A stretch of DNA of 64,000 nt, taken from positions 179,118,001 through 179,182,000 of the forward strand of contig OZ024740.1 of assembly GCA_964016885.1 (NCBI GenBank), written 5' to 3'. The notes under the pieces were generated by a model. It was given only the letters and a program-made list of their open reading frames with translations, ran no database searches and was not told where the DNA came from. This document shows, piece by piece, positions 24,986-37,616 of the stretch. The position numbers were made by a program, and so were the translations under genes. How positions within the stretch are numbered: the stretch's first letter is position 1; each line of letters begins with the position of its first letter. Source of the stretch: Eledone cirrhosa. Its lineage: Eukaryota.

Positions 24986-25654
24986 CATAATATATGGCGT
25001 TGGCATTTCGTACGGGAACGTTACAGACTCACGATCTAAAGTCTGTGTACCAAAGCTTTAAGAACAAAAAGCGACACATTACCATATACAACAAAATATG
25101 TCTCATATCCAAAATATTGCTATACACAATCAGAAGGGAATTGGTATGGTAGAGAAATATAGGAGCAGTTTAAGAAAGCAATTGTAAAAGAAGGTTTGGG
25201 GAAAGTTGTATTTATTGATTATTTCAATCCCAATTCTTTACTGCGTATTGTATGATCATCGAGTGAATGATAAAAGAGAAAATCACTTTTAATGAAATTA
25301 AATACCGCGAGACAATTTGTTCAGCGCTTTACTAATTTTGCCACTCACCCACTAAATATAGCACTAGCAGTATCAGCTGCAACGACAACAAGAACAAGAA
25401 CAATAATAAAAATAAAAGATAACTATCCAGGTTGATGCCGATCATGTGATGAATTTGAGATGATGGTAAATGTGTAGAAGTTCGACTATTATATTTTATC
25501 TGTAATTCTAATGTTCAGACTGATCATATATAACATCATAGGAACATAAAACTGCTTAATATTCAGCTTCTTACATATAAAGCTAATGAATAGGCGGCTC
25601 AATTAATCGAACAACTGACTTTTCATCGTTGAAACTAACAGAGGATCTATCATC

Positions 25655-26290
25655 ATAATAATGGTTTCTGATTTAGGCATAAGGCCAACAATTTTAGGAC
25701 AGAGGGAAGTCGATAAAAGAAACCTCAATACATTATAGGTACTTTATTTTATCGATTTAAAGGATGAAAGGCAAAGTTGACCTCGACGGGATTTGAACTC
25801 AGAACCTGGAAAGTCGTAACTATATTTCGCTAAGCATGTTGACCGACGCTCTACCAAATCTACCAATCCACCACCCTATCTATTATCTATCTTAATAATT
25901 GTTTCTACTTTAGGCACAAGTCCAGCAATTACCCAGTGCATTACTGGTACTTTATTTTATCGACCCCGTAAGGATGAAAGGCAAAGTCAACCTCGGCGGG
26001 ATTTGAACTCAGATCGTAAAGGGACGTAACTATGCTGGAAATCATGGCGTCCGACTCTCTACCGATAATAATGGTTTCTTATATAGGCACAAGGCCAGCA
26101 ATTTCGGGGGAGGGGACCCCAGTGCGTGACTGGTACTTTATTTTATCGACCCCGTAAGGCAAAGTTAACCTCGGTGGGATTTGAACTTAAAATGTAAAGG
26201 ACCCTAACTATATGCCGCAAAGCATGTTGACCGACGCTCTACCAAATCTGCCAATCCACCACCCTATCTATTATCTATCTTAATAATAAG
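25655..26290 (-). mobile_element. Three head-to-tail tRNA-SINE copies
   Basis: Tails start at ~25660, ~25895 and ~26070, each next to taataat; repeated flank atctat.atc..aataat. Confidence 0.85.
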
Positions 26291-26479
26291 GATATCTGAC
26301 ATAGGTCCAAAGCCGCAGATATTTTGTCAAACGTTTTACATAACAATCTTACTAACTCACTAACATTTAATATATTTAAAAGGCCTTGTATTGCTATGTA
26401 CCTTACATTAAACACCTTTGTGTTCGTCATTTCAGATCTGTAAACAATTTGATTTATTCTTAATCATATATAACAGGCT

Positions 26480-26790
26480 TTTGCGACTGTCATTTAAAGA
26501 TCGTTAAACAACACCAAGTTGCTGTGAAGCAAGATTTGGAATCTCTTTCCCGAACCTTTAATATCTTTAAATAGCCCGCAGTTGCTGTGAGCCATATATT
26601 ACACACATTTGCAACTGTCTATTCATATCTTAAACAACCTTCAATTGGTGTGAACCATATATTACAAACATTTGCATTGGCATTTAATATCGTTAAATAG
26701 TCGTGAGTTGCTGGGAACGAGACATTCAAAACCATTGTAATTGTAATTTAAGCATTTTAAAATAACCTTGAGTTTATGTGAACCATAAAA
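26480..26790. repeat. Degenerate 63-bp minisatellite, about 5 copies
   Basis: gttgctgtga-like motif at 26518, 26581, 26644, 26707 and 26772. Confidence 0.7.
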
Positions 26791-27162
26791 TTGTCCCTTT
26801 GAATTTAGGTTTCCCCCTGAAAATATCTTAATTGAATAACTATTAACTACGATCTATTACTGCAGTCTACTACATGCATATTTAAATTGCATTTATTACG
26901 AAACAGGTGTAAACATGTTCAAATACTACCATACATATGACAATTTCACTTAGGATGTTCTTTAGCTAATGCTGGAGAATAAAGCCAAAATATTTGGCTG
27001 TCTTATGAAACAATTGGTCACATCCATTACGTTGTTAATGTGATCAGAAGTTGTACACATCTGTTAGTAGCCACTGAACAACGTATAGATCCGAGTGTCT
27101 CTTACTCAATGATCTAAGTTAGAAATACGAACTCATATATAAATATATATACATATATATAT

Positions 27163-27670
27163 ATGATGGCTGCAAACCCTGCTAAGAGTATTGCAATCGA
27201 TTGTCAGATTACAGAAAATGGTGCACCTTTAAGCTACGGCCAGCCACACGAACCTGTAACATAGCAATGCCTGATCTTTGAAGGTCTTTAAAGTGGGAAA
27301 AGGCCTTGCACTCGACCAATCCCACTCTCCGAGTATCGAAAACACTACCCAAAAAGGAGAAGTGGTCAACATCATCCGAAGCCGCAGGTTTTATTTTTCA
27401 GAGTTTCCCAACCTTAGAAAGGTGTTGTGAAAACAACTTGGGTCTTTCATTCCTAGATGAAAAAGAAAGTACTATTTGGATGGCCGTTGACTTTGCTGAG
27501 ATCCTCCACCCTTTGCTGGGTCTAGTATTTCATCCTGCAAAGTGTCCAAATATCACCCTCCTCACAAAGCAAGCTTGGTGGGGTTGCCGGTTTAATCGCC
27601 GACGACCTGACCAGGAGACATGTAGTACTAGATTACACATTACCAGTAGCACTCGAGAGCGACCTGACAT
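27163..27670 (-). mobile_element. RTE-derived non-autonomous element (RTE-like 5' part plus RTE 3' tail)
   Basis: Homologous to 54052-54573 and 57900-58400; ends gcagccatcat like the RTE LINE at 11.5 kb. Confidence 0.75.
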
Positions 27671-27671
27671 G

Positions 27672-27747
<76 letters not shown>

Positions 27748-27855
27748 GATAAGCAGAACAAGTAAAATTCAACCAATTTTTCAAAATAAATCAAAATTAA
27801 TATACAATTAAAGTTAATTAAAATTAAAAAATATAATATAAATATTTACCTATTC

Positions 27856-27945
27856 AAATGGCCCTAACTGTACAGTTTCACGGTGCAAAACATTAAATAT
27901 CACGAGGATATTAATGGAAAAGCAACGATCATCAGAGAAGCATTT
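27856..27945 (-). ncRNA. Type I hammerhead ribozyme, unit 1
   Basis: aaatgcttct CTGATGA [long stem II including cattaa.tatc/gata.ttaatg] GAAAC t GTAC a GTT agggccattt; palindromic loop 3. Confidence 0.85.
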
Positions 27946-28381
27946 TCCTGTCTTAGGGTTAAAAACCCCAGGAACGACAAAATATATGACCTCACTCCAA
28001 CTAATACAGCTCTAAAAGGTCGTGAAAGTGACCCGTAAATACATTGGTGTATAGTGAAGGCGGGAAATCGTAGACTCGCCGTCTATAATCGCCACTAAAA
28101 AAAGATTTTTAGTAACTAAATAGAACGACAGATATTTATCTCTACATACTGGAGATTATTGAATAAGGTTAATATATATCTGAGGGTACAAGGTACCCCC
28201 GGAAATATATAGTGTGTCTATGATTTAAGGTGATTCTATGGTAATAATTTGATATACCAGAACTTAATATCGAGATAAGCAGAACAAGTAAAATTCAACC
28301 AATTTTTCAAAATAAATCAAAATTAATATACAATTAAAGTTAATCAAAATTAAAAAATATAATATAAATATTTACCTATTC

Positions 28382-28471
28382 AAATGGCCCTAACTGTACA
28401 GTTTCACGGTGCAAAACATTAAATATCACGAGGATATTAATGGAAAAGCAACGATCATCAGAGAAGCATTT
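28382..28471 (-). ncRNA. Type I hammerhead ribozyme, unit 2
   Basis: Identical to 27856-27945. Confidence 0.85.
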
Positions 28472-28907
28472 TCCTGTCCTAGGGTTAAAAACCCCAGGAA
28501 CGACAAAATATATGACCTCACTCCAACTAATACAGCTCTAAAAGGTCGTGAAAGTGACCCGTAAATACATTGGTGTATAGTGAAGGCGGGAAATCGTAGA
28601 CTCGCCGTCTATAATCGCCACTAAAAAAAGATTTTTAGTAACTAAATAGAACGACAAATTTGTATCTCTACATACTGGAGATTATTGAATAAGGTTAATA
28701 TATATCTGAGGGTACAAGGTACCCCCGGAAATATATAGTGTGTCTATGATTTAAGGTGATTCTATGGTAATAATTTGATATACCAGAACTTAATATCGAG
28801 ATAAGCAGAACAAGTAAAATTCAACCAATTTTTCAAAATAAATCAAAATTAATATACAATTAAAGTTAATCAAAATTAAAAAATATAATATAAATATTTA
28901 CCTATTC

Positions 28908-28997
28908 AAATGGCCCTAACTGTACAGTTTCACGGTGCAAAACATTAAATATCACGAGGATATTAATGGAAAAGCAACGATCATCAGAGAAGCATTT
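28908..28997 (-). ncRNA. Type I hammerhead ribozyme, unit 3
   Basis: Identical to 27856-27945. Confidence 0.85.
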
Positions 28998-29360
28998 TCC
29001 TGTCCTAGGGTTAAAAACCCCAGGAACGACAAAATATATGACCTCACTCCAACTAATACAGCTCTAAAAGGTCGTGAAAGTGACCCGTAAATACATTGGT
29101 GTATAGTGAAGGCGGGAAATCGTAGACTCGCCGTCTATAATCGCCACTAAAAAAAGATTTTTAGTAACTAAATAGAACGACAAATTTGTATCTCTACATA
29201 CTGGAGATTATTGAATAAGGTTAATATATATCTGAGGGTACAATGTACCCCCGGAAGTTCTGCTTATCTCGATATTAAGTTCTGGTATATCAAATTATTA
29301 CCATAGAACCACCTTAAATCATAGACACACTATATATTTCCGGGGGTACATTGTACCCTC

Positions 29361-29486
<126 letters not shown>

Positions 29487-29542
29487 GTAGAACACTTGAA
29501 GGTTATATCCGTAGTGGTAGAGCACTCAGTCCATGGGACGAG

Positions 29543-30857
29543 TTAGGGAGAACTGATTACACAACAGTTAGTTCACCATACCTAGAATAATTGTTTCACC
29601 TTAGCGGATCCTCAGCTCTTAATGGACATGGTTATACGGAACAGGAAGGGCACCCGTATGAACGCGCATGCGCAGAAACGGTCACTTCTCTCAGGCAATA
29701 CTAAATTGCGTGCGAGAGGTGTAAGAGAGATAACTGCAAAAGTCCGAAAGTTTCTAGTTGATAAGAAAATTAGGATGTTGTTGTAATTCAATCCAGAGCT
29801 TTGTAGTTATGTAAGAGGTGTTTCCAGACGTGTGGACAACGTGTGAAGAATTCATACCTTGGTTTAGGCAATCGCTATTGCGTAATCTCTTTAGAATATT
29901 TATTCGTTCATCAATACATAGTCCACATGACGGATTTCCCCTTGCGTATGGTTTGGACTTAGTGATGGCTTTCCATTGAATGGAGTAGTCTATACTTGAG
30001 TCCTTGAGGGACAATACGTGGCTCACGAGTTCCGTTGATGAACGTCTGTCCGGGTACCTAAAGGTCGACTGGTGGTTCAGGAAGCGTTCCTTAAATTGGC
30101 CCTCCACCATACCCTCATAGGATTTGACGTCCTGAGGTTGATTTGGTCGGTTGAAAGTGACCACAGCTTCATAAACTACAGCGGGTGTGCTGTATTGCTG
30201 TTGAAGGGGACAAGCTTCGGGCTTACGGCAAGAGCACCCTGGTGGAGTGTTGCTCTTAGGGCTGTTGGTGATGTTGGCCTTCATGTTCTTAGCGCAAGAG
30301 TATCCTAGGTGGTCAAATCCTATGTGGGTATGGCGGAGGGCCGATTTAAGGAACGCTTCCTAAACCACCAGTCGACCTTTAGGTATCCGAACAGACGTTC
30401 ATCAACGAAACTCGCGAGCCACGTATGGTCCCTCAAGGACTCAAGTATAGACTACTCCATTCAATGGAAAACCATCACTAAATCCAAGCCATACGCAAGG
30501 GAAAATCCGTCGTGTGGACTATGTATTGATGAACGAATAAATATTCTAAAGAGATTACGCAATAGCGATTGCCTAAACTCAAGAAATGAATTCTTCACAC
30601 GTTATCCACCCGTCTGAATTACAACAACATCCTAATTTTCTCATCAACTAGAAACTTTCGGACTTTCGCAGTTATCTCCCTTACACCTCTCGCACGCAAT
30701 TTAGTATTGCCTGAGTGAAGTGACCGTTTCTGCGCATGCGCGTTCATACGGGTGTCCTTCCTGTTCTGTATAACCATGTCTATTAAGAGCTGAGGATCCG
30801 CTAAGGTGAAACAATTGTTCTCAGTATGGGGACTAACTCTTGTGTAACCACTTCTCT
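29543..30857. mobile_element. PLE 3' fragment (GIY-YIG plus pLTR) present as an inverted pair
   Basis: Minus arm 29543-30308 encodes CSCRKPEACPL, VVY..SYEG, FKERFLNH, CGLCIDER; plus arm 30309-30857 is its diverged reverse complement. Confidence 0.9.
30787..30822 (+). ncRNA. Minimal type I hammerhead ribozyme
   Basis: gag CTGAGGA tccgctaaggt GAAAC AATT GTT ctc; the mirror copy at 29584-29618 has a stem III G>A change. Confidence 0.8.
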
Positions 30858-30939
30858 ATATATATATGGGGTAACAAGTTATCGTTATAGGTAATCCAGT
30901 TAGAGGTTGTGAGGACTCTGTGTCGTGGATAGTTTTAAC

Positions 30940-33460
30940 GTACGACATTAATTCACTATTAAAAAAACTACACAACACCAACGGTATTATAGTAAAAGCG
31001 GACAAAACATCAAACGTATACCATGAGCCTTTATACATATAATAACTTTATACGCCGTGAACTACACAAAAAATACAAGAAAACTACAGAATCTACACTC
31101 ACTAGCATTAATAAGGAAGGACTTAGCATAGTAAAAAACCTGAAGATATCTGATAGAACCGAGCCTCTAACCCTTTTTAACCCCAAATTTAACCTAAAGG
31201 ATCACAAAAATAATTTCGAAACAGACCCCACAATTAGATTAATATGCCCATCGAAGTCGGATATAGGTAGAGTTAGCAAGTACATACTAGATAGAGTAAT
31301 AGCACAAATCAAGAACACTAATAATTAAGCTATGGGGGTAACATTAACGAAGCAATAGACTGGTTCAGCAAAATAGACAGTAGGGAAAAATCCAACTTCG
31401 TACAGTTTGACATAAATGACTACTACTCCTCCATCTCCCCAGTCACCCTAGATAAAGCGCTAGCCTTTGCCCAGAAAAACTCGGACCTAACCTCTGATGA
31501 AATTAAAATAATACTAGCTGCTAGGAGAACTATCATTAGATTCTAAAATAGTTACTGGGAACGAAAAAACAGACAGAATAGCTTCGATATCACAATGGGA
31601 TCTAGCAACTCAGCACAGGTAACAGACATAGCGCACAACTTACGTACGGAATTTAATAATCTCCAAGGAGGAATTTATAGAGAGGACTCAGTCCCTTTAG
31701 CTAAGAACTTAAATAATCAAAACATGGAAAAATTACGGAAAAACATCAGATTCTTCTTCAACAAACTAGGCCTAGGTATCACTTTCGAATTTAATTCTAA
31801 AAAATAAAACTTCTTAGATGTAACACTCAACCTAAACACAGGATTAATAGAGCCCTTCCATAAAAAGAACGAGAATCTAGCCTACATTAGTTATAACTCA
31901 AACCACCCTCGATCCATAATTAATTCCATAGCACATAGTATATCCCTCAGAATATCCCGCCTATCTTCTAACCGAGAGATTTTTAACGAACACGCAAACT
32001 ATTATACATAAGGCAGGACATAAAGAGGGGCTAAAATACATACCAGATAGAGACAGCAGCAACAAACCTAATGACAGCTACACTACCCACACCTATAGAA
32101 ATAACAAACATAGGGCTAAACATAGAATTAGACAACGAGCACCAGAAATAACTGAACCGAATACTAATATAAGGACCCCTAGGAACTATAGAAAATCCAG
32201 AGATAGGAAATACTTATGGTTCAATCCAATATTCAACTCCTCTATAAAAACCAAACTACCTTCTACATTCTTTAAACTAATTGACAAACACTTCCCTAAA
32301 CTACACAAATACCATAGAATCTTTAACAGAAAAACTATCAAACTATCTTACTCTACTGCTGCCAACATTGAATCACACATACATAAAATCAACCACAAAA
32401 AAATCTCTAAAGAAATTAACCTACTAACATACACCATAGCACCAAAGATAAAACGCAAACACAAAACAACATCACAACCACACACATCAGGGCGCATCAC
32501 AACAACATATTAATAAGCCTAAATCTCAACCCAGCTATAACAACATGCAAAACCGAAAAGGAGAACCTGCACACAGAAAAGCCTCCAATTGTAACTTCCA
32601 CCTACCGGATAAGTGCCCACTACAAAATAGATGCCTGGATTCAAGTATGGTGTACCTGTGTACTATAAAATCAGGAGCTATTCCATATTTTAAGGTACGA
32701 TAAGATGCTGCTAAACAGCAAAATAGAAAGATCAATTTTCTCTAGGCACAAAACAGCTACCAAGTTCACAAATTTCAAATCACCGTGATTCGACCGAGCA
32801 ATCCCAAAATTAGAACTGAACCTCCTGGATTTTAACGTATGGAATACATACCATCACACCGCTATTAGCTGTCAACTAACTGACTTGTCACTAGATCATA
32901 CATCTCCTAACATTTCTTTCACCCTCTCTCCCTGAAACCACATCAACCCCATTAAGATAAGACAATACCACACACACATATCAAAACCCCCTTCATCATC
33001 CATCCTTAGCCCTTAGGTCTCATACTAGTATCTTGCACTTAATTTCTAATTTATTGCTTTTTCTTTTATCTGTCATTTGTTACTACCTCAGATTCTCTAC
33101 ACGTATCTATGTATGTTTCGAATATTGCTTTTAATGTTAGCACTACATCCACCCCCACATCCTTATACAGACACTTACTCACCACCACCACTATTATCAA
33201 CTATCGTATTCTATACTTATATGCTCTTACTTATCATTATTTCTTTATGTTTTTCATTTTTTTATTATTGCTGTTATTCCTTTGAATCTACGCTATTTCT
33301 CTATATATACCATGCCATGTCTGAGAATTTGATCAGAGGTAAATAATGTATTGGAGATCGGGTGACGCAACATCGAGCGATTAGCGGCCTCTAGACTCAC
33401 CTGATAAATGAAGCAACTGTTAATACTTGAAATAAAGCCTCTTGTTGTACAGCCGACCAT
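30940..33460 (+). mobile_element. Decayed Penelope-like element (RT, start of GIY-YIG, 3' region)
   Basis: KADKTSN, LKDHK.NF...P.IRLICPSKSDIG, QFDI.DYYSSI, FDITMGSS.SAQVTD, GGIYRED, FLDVTL, SNHP, WFNP, KCPLQNRCL; homologous to 48435-50895. Confidence 0.9.
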
Positions 33461-33486
33461 ATTATTATTATTATTATTATTATTAT

Positions 33487-36400
33487 GGCCGCACATGTTT
33501 GAAGACAGTACAAATCTGCGGGGGAAAAGGTTCGTAACTTTAAGCTGTTTTAAAGTGTCATTTTTTGTATTTTCTTGTCGTTAACGAAACTTAAGGTACA
33601 CATCTTGATTTAAAGAGAGGGATACCTCTCAATATTCGGGCTTTAAGCCCGAATATTCAGATTTATTTTTAAAAACTTCGAAAAAAATCGCTTCCCCACC
33701 AAAAGAAAATTATGGAAATTTTCGACCTTGAAACGGTAAACAACGTTCAGGTCAAAAGTTTAAAGGCAGCTACTGTAGATATCACCACGACTACGACGGC
33801 TACAGTCATGCCTGTCATCCACTCTACTGAATGTGAAGACAAAACTCAAAAGCTACTATCAAAACCTTCTGTGATAGCAGCAGTATCATCTGAAAACGAC
33901 ATCACCACCACCGCCACCACCACAACAACAACAACTCAGAGCAATAACGACAATAACACCGACAGCTTCAATGTAAACACGGATGGCGGTGGCAACACCA
34001 ATAACAACAGCAAGAATGACAACAACAACAATAAGAGCATCAGAAACACCACATTTGCTGCAGCAGCAGCAAAAACAAAGCGCTTATTGAATATTGATAT
34101 TGATATTAGCGATAAAGACGAACAGTTGGCCAAAGCGTGGAGGCTAATTAAACGGTAGTCCTGGGCAAACCTGACCATCCCGGACGAGGCACTAGCGGCC
34201 ATGCAAAGGAGGACGGTGTTCTATTGATGTATTTCGGTGCAGACACGAAAAGTGGAACTTGCGAGCCAAGCAGAGGTAGAGGCTGCTTTGGAGTACATCG
34301 GAAGTAACATAGAGTACAAAGCAAGAGGCAAACAGTTCGGTACCATCTCGGTACTGTTCAAAACCGAGGCCCTCGCTATTAAGCACTCGGTGACCCCCTG
34401 CAGAACGGAACGCATTATCATGCATCCGTCCTACATGGGTAAAAGGACAGTAAAGGTACGCATTCCCAGCATCCCACCAGGGATGAACATATAGTGGTTG
34501 CTGGGATGCGTAATCGAGGAGGGGACAGACACTACCCTCCTGGATATCAAAAGGACAGAGAGAGAGGACTGGTCCGGAATGGATTTGGAGATTCTTCTCC
34601 AAATGAAACCGGAGGATATGAATAACATCCCGGATTTTGCACGCCTGCAGGACGGGAAAACAATCCAACTAATCATTGACGGAAGAAGGCCACGCTGCTT
34701 CGTTTGCGGGGAAGCAACGCATCTTCAAGTCTTCTACCCTCAGTGCAAACATGCAGGGGGTCGCAAACCTCCTTTGTTGCCAACGCCAGTGTCAGCACGG
34801 AAAGCTGCACCACCACAACCACCAAAAACAACACCAACAAAAACATGGACACCAACATCAAAAGCAACCGGATCACCACCAACACCAAAACCAATCCAAG
34901 GAGAAAACGAGCAAAGCTCTCCCCCCCCCCCAATTATACACATAGACAAAACAATAAACGCACACACAGGCACAGAGACACTCACAGACACAAACCCTTT
35001 GTCTTCCAGCAGCGAAGATGAAGGAAAACCCAAAAGTGCAAAAAAACAGAGAAAACTCACAAAAAAAAAAAAGCCCCAACAAAACACAAAAACATACACA
35101 ACAAAAAATACAGACACCACTAACGCAAACACTTCCACAATAACATCATCACCAACAGCAACATCGACACCACCTCCACAATCCCCGAAACGCAAACAAC
35201 CTAAACAAACACAAGTACAAATAAACACATAAATACCTGAAATTGCAGACACCACACCTACAACAAACATAGACATACCCGAAACAGCACCACCAAAACT
35301 ATCGCCACCACAGTCACCAAAACGAAAACAAATAAAACCACACCAACAAAATGTTAAAAACTTCGTGCTTGTCAGAAGGGCCAACGATAAACTGACTGCC
35401 CTCTTAGCGCGAAGCGAGGACATTCAAACAGAGGGGGAGATTTTTGAAATGAGCACATTTTGCGTGCCAGAAGATTTGCTTCTGCTCCGAATGTCATTCA
35501 ATTCCTTCAAAGAAATTCGAGAGAGCTTTCCTCAAGACGTGGGAACCCCGAATGTGAAACCCACATCAAGACTTTTAAAGGGGTTCCCAAAAGAAACCCC
35601 ACCAACCATGGAGGTCGAACCACCCGACCTTCACAAGACCCGGCAGGTAAGTAAACCTTCCCTCTCTCTCTCTCTTAGCTTACCAATATGGCCATATTAA
35701 GAGTAGGAAGTTTAAATGTTCGCGGCCTGAGGTCACCCTGGAAGCAGGGTCGCCTGCTCAACGACCTCCGGTCGCTGGAAATGGATGTGATTGCCGTAAG
35801 CGAGACCAGAATTTCCGACACGCGCGCACTAGCCCCCATTTTCGACGACTATCAGATCTTCGCATCTGTTAGCAGACGGGGAATGGGGGGTGGGGTGGCA
35901 GTGCTGTTTAGGAAAGGACTGGATCTCGAGGTAAGGTCGATCTTCCGGGACCCGGACGGTAAGTTGGTGGTCTTGGATGTGAGTAGTAGCGAAGGTGGTG
36001 CCTTTAGACTGCTGGCCGTCTACGCCCCTACAGGGGCCGGACGACCTGACTTCTTTAGGTGCCTGGAGACCTTTCTGGGTACGTCTCGCCCTTTACTGTT
36101 AGCGGGGGACTGGAATGGCATCTTAGACGCACGCTGGGATTGTGTGGGAGTAGCCGATAGGAGCGGGGGGGGGGGGGGTGCAAAAGCCTGAAGCACCTAC
36201 TCAGCCAATTCCAACTGTCTGACAGGTATCGACTAGATTTCCCCAATGTGCCAGTATGGACATGAACCAACCGAATGGGGTCATCTAGATCGTATATAGA
36301 CAGGATCTTCATTAGGAAAATAGATAGAAATAGTGTGGGCTGTCCACTTTTTAAAACGGTCGCCTATTCAGATCACACATTTGTGATCTGTACGGTTGAC

Positions 36401-37447
36401 CTAAATAAAACGCGTAGGTTAGGATCGGGTTACTGGAAGCTGAACATGTCATTTCCGGCACGTAAGGCTTACAGGGACCGAGTCAATAATTTAGTTAAGC
36501 AAAAGTTGACAGGGGGGATCATCAACAACAGATGGTGGGTGTCTCAAAAAGAGAGATTAGAGTAACTTCGATAGAGTTCAGCAAAGAACTAGCGTTAGAG
36601 AAAAATAGAAAGGAGGGGGAGCTGGTAGATAAGTTTGACGAGGCTATTTGTAGTGGCATCGCAACTGACGTGCTAGCGGCGAGAATGGCATTAGACCATT
36701 TCTTCAATGCCAAACACGAAGGCTGCATTGTCAGAGCTAAGGCGCGTGCGCTGAGAAACGAGGGAACTAAAGCTGTTCGATGGGCCCGCGTGGCGGAGGC
36801 GCAGCGTGGTAATAAAACCACAATTCAGTCTTTGGCGGACCGAGACGGACACGAGATAAGCGATTCCAAGCGGATGTGTGAGGCCTTTCGCCAGCACTTT
36901 GCTCGGTTGTTCGGGGAGAGTGGCGAGTCAGAGAGAGTAGCGGATTTCAGTCCCTACCTTGACGGCTTGCCGCGAATCTCGACGGTGGACGCTGAGCGCT
37001 GCGAAAGGCCGATTACTTCAGCCTAAATTCAGGACGCCATTGTCGGCTGCATGAGGCGCAAGTCACCCGGTTTAGGATGGCCTGCCCTACGAGCTTTACG
37101 TAAATATGCCAGACTTGTTCTCCGAACTCCTCGAAGCACTCTACTGCAACTGGCTGCAGAATGGGAGTATTCCCAGTTCTGTGAGCAGGGGAGTGGTGAC
37201 GCTGATAAGGAAAGACGAGAACAAGAGGGATACATTAGACAACTTCAGGCCCATAACTCTGCTCAACACAGAGTTTAAGATTTTGGCCAAGGTGTTAGCA
37301 AAGAGATTGGCGCTCGTCGTCGAGGATTTGGTTTGGGAGGCGCAAACTTGCGCAATCCCAGCCAGGTCCATACACGACAATGTCCACCTCATGCGATACT
37401 CCATAGAGAGGGTAGGGTGTAAACCTGGCTTCGGTGGGGCACTTTGA
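33487..37447 (+). mobile_element. Second Tx1-clade L1 (different subfamily), decayed and 3'-truncated within RT
   Basis: Preceded by (ATT)n at 33461-33486; ORF1 has RRPRCFVCGEATHL; ORF2 has SLNVRGL, VYAPTG, GDWN, SDH, YWKLN, LLNTEFKILAK. Confidence 0.9.
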
Positions 37448-37448
37448 C

Positions 37449-37616
37449 TTCCAGGCGCCTAAAGAAGTCAGGTCGTCCGGCCCCTGTAGGGGCGTAGACG
37501 GCCAGCAGTCTAAAGGCACCACCTTCGCTACTACTCACATCCAAGACCACCAACTTACCGTCCGGGTCCCGGAAGATCGACCTTACCTCGAGATCCAGTC
37601 CTTTCCTAAACAGCAC
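37449..37616 (-). repeat. Inverted duplicate of Tx1 segment 35901-36067
   Basis: Reverse complement matches with one C/T difference. Confidence 0.92.

Noticed and set aside
27741-29256. CRISPR-like array
   Set aside because: Units are wholly repeated with no unique spacers; eukaryotic context and no cas genes
33319-33425. Hammerhead at the 3' end of the 30.9-33.5 kb PLE (ctgagaa...gaagcaactgtt)
   Set aside because: Position and a stem II-like pairing fit, but both core boxes are mutated; too degenerate to call
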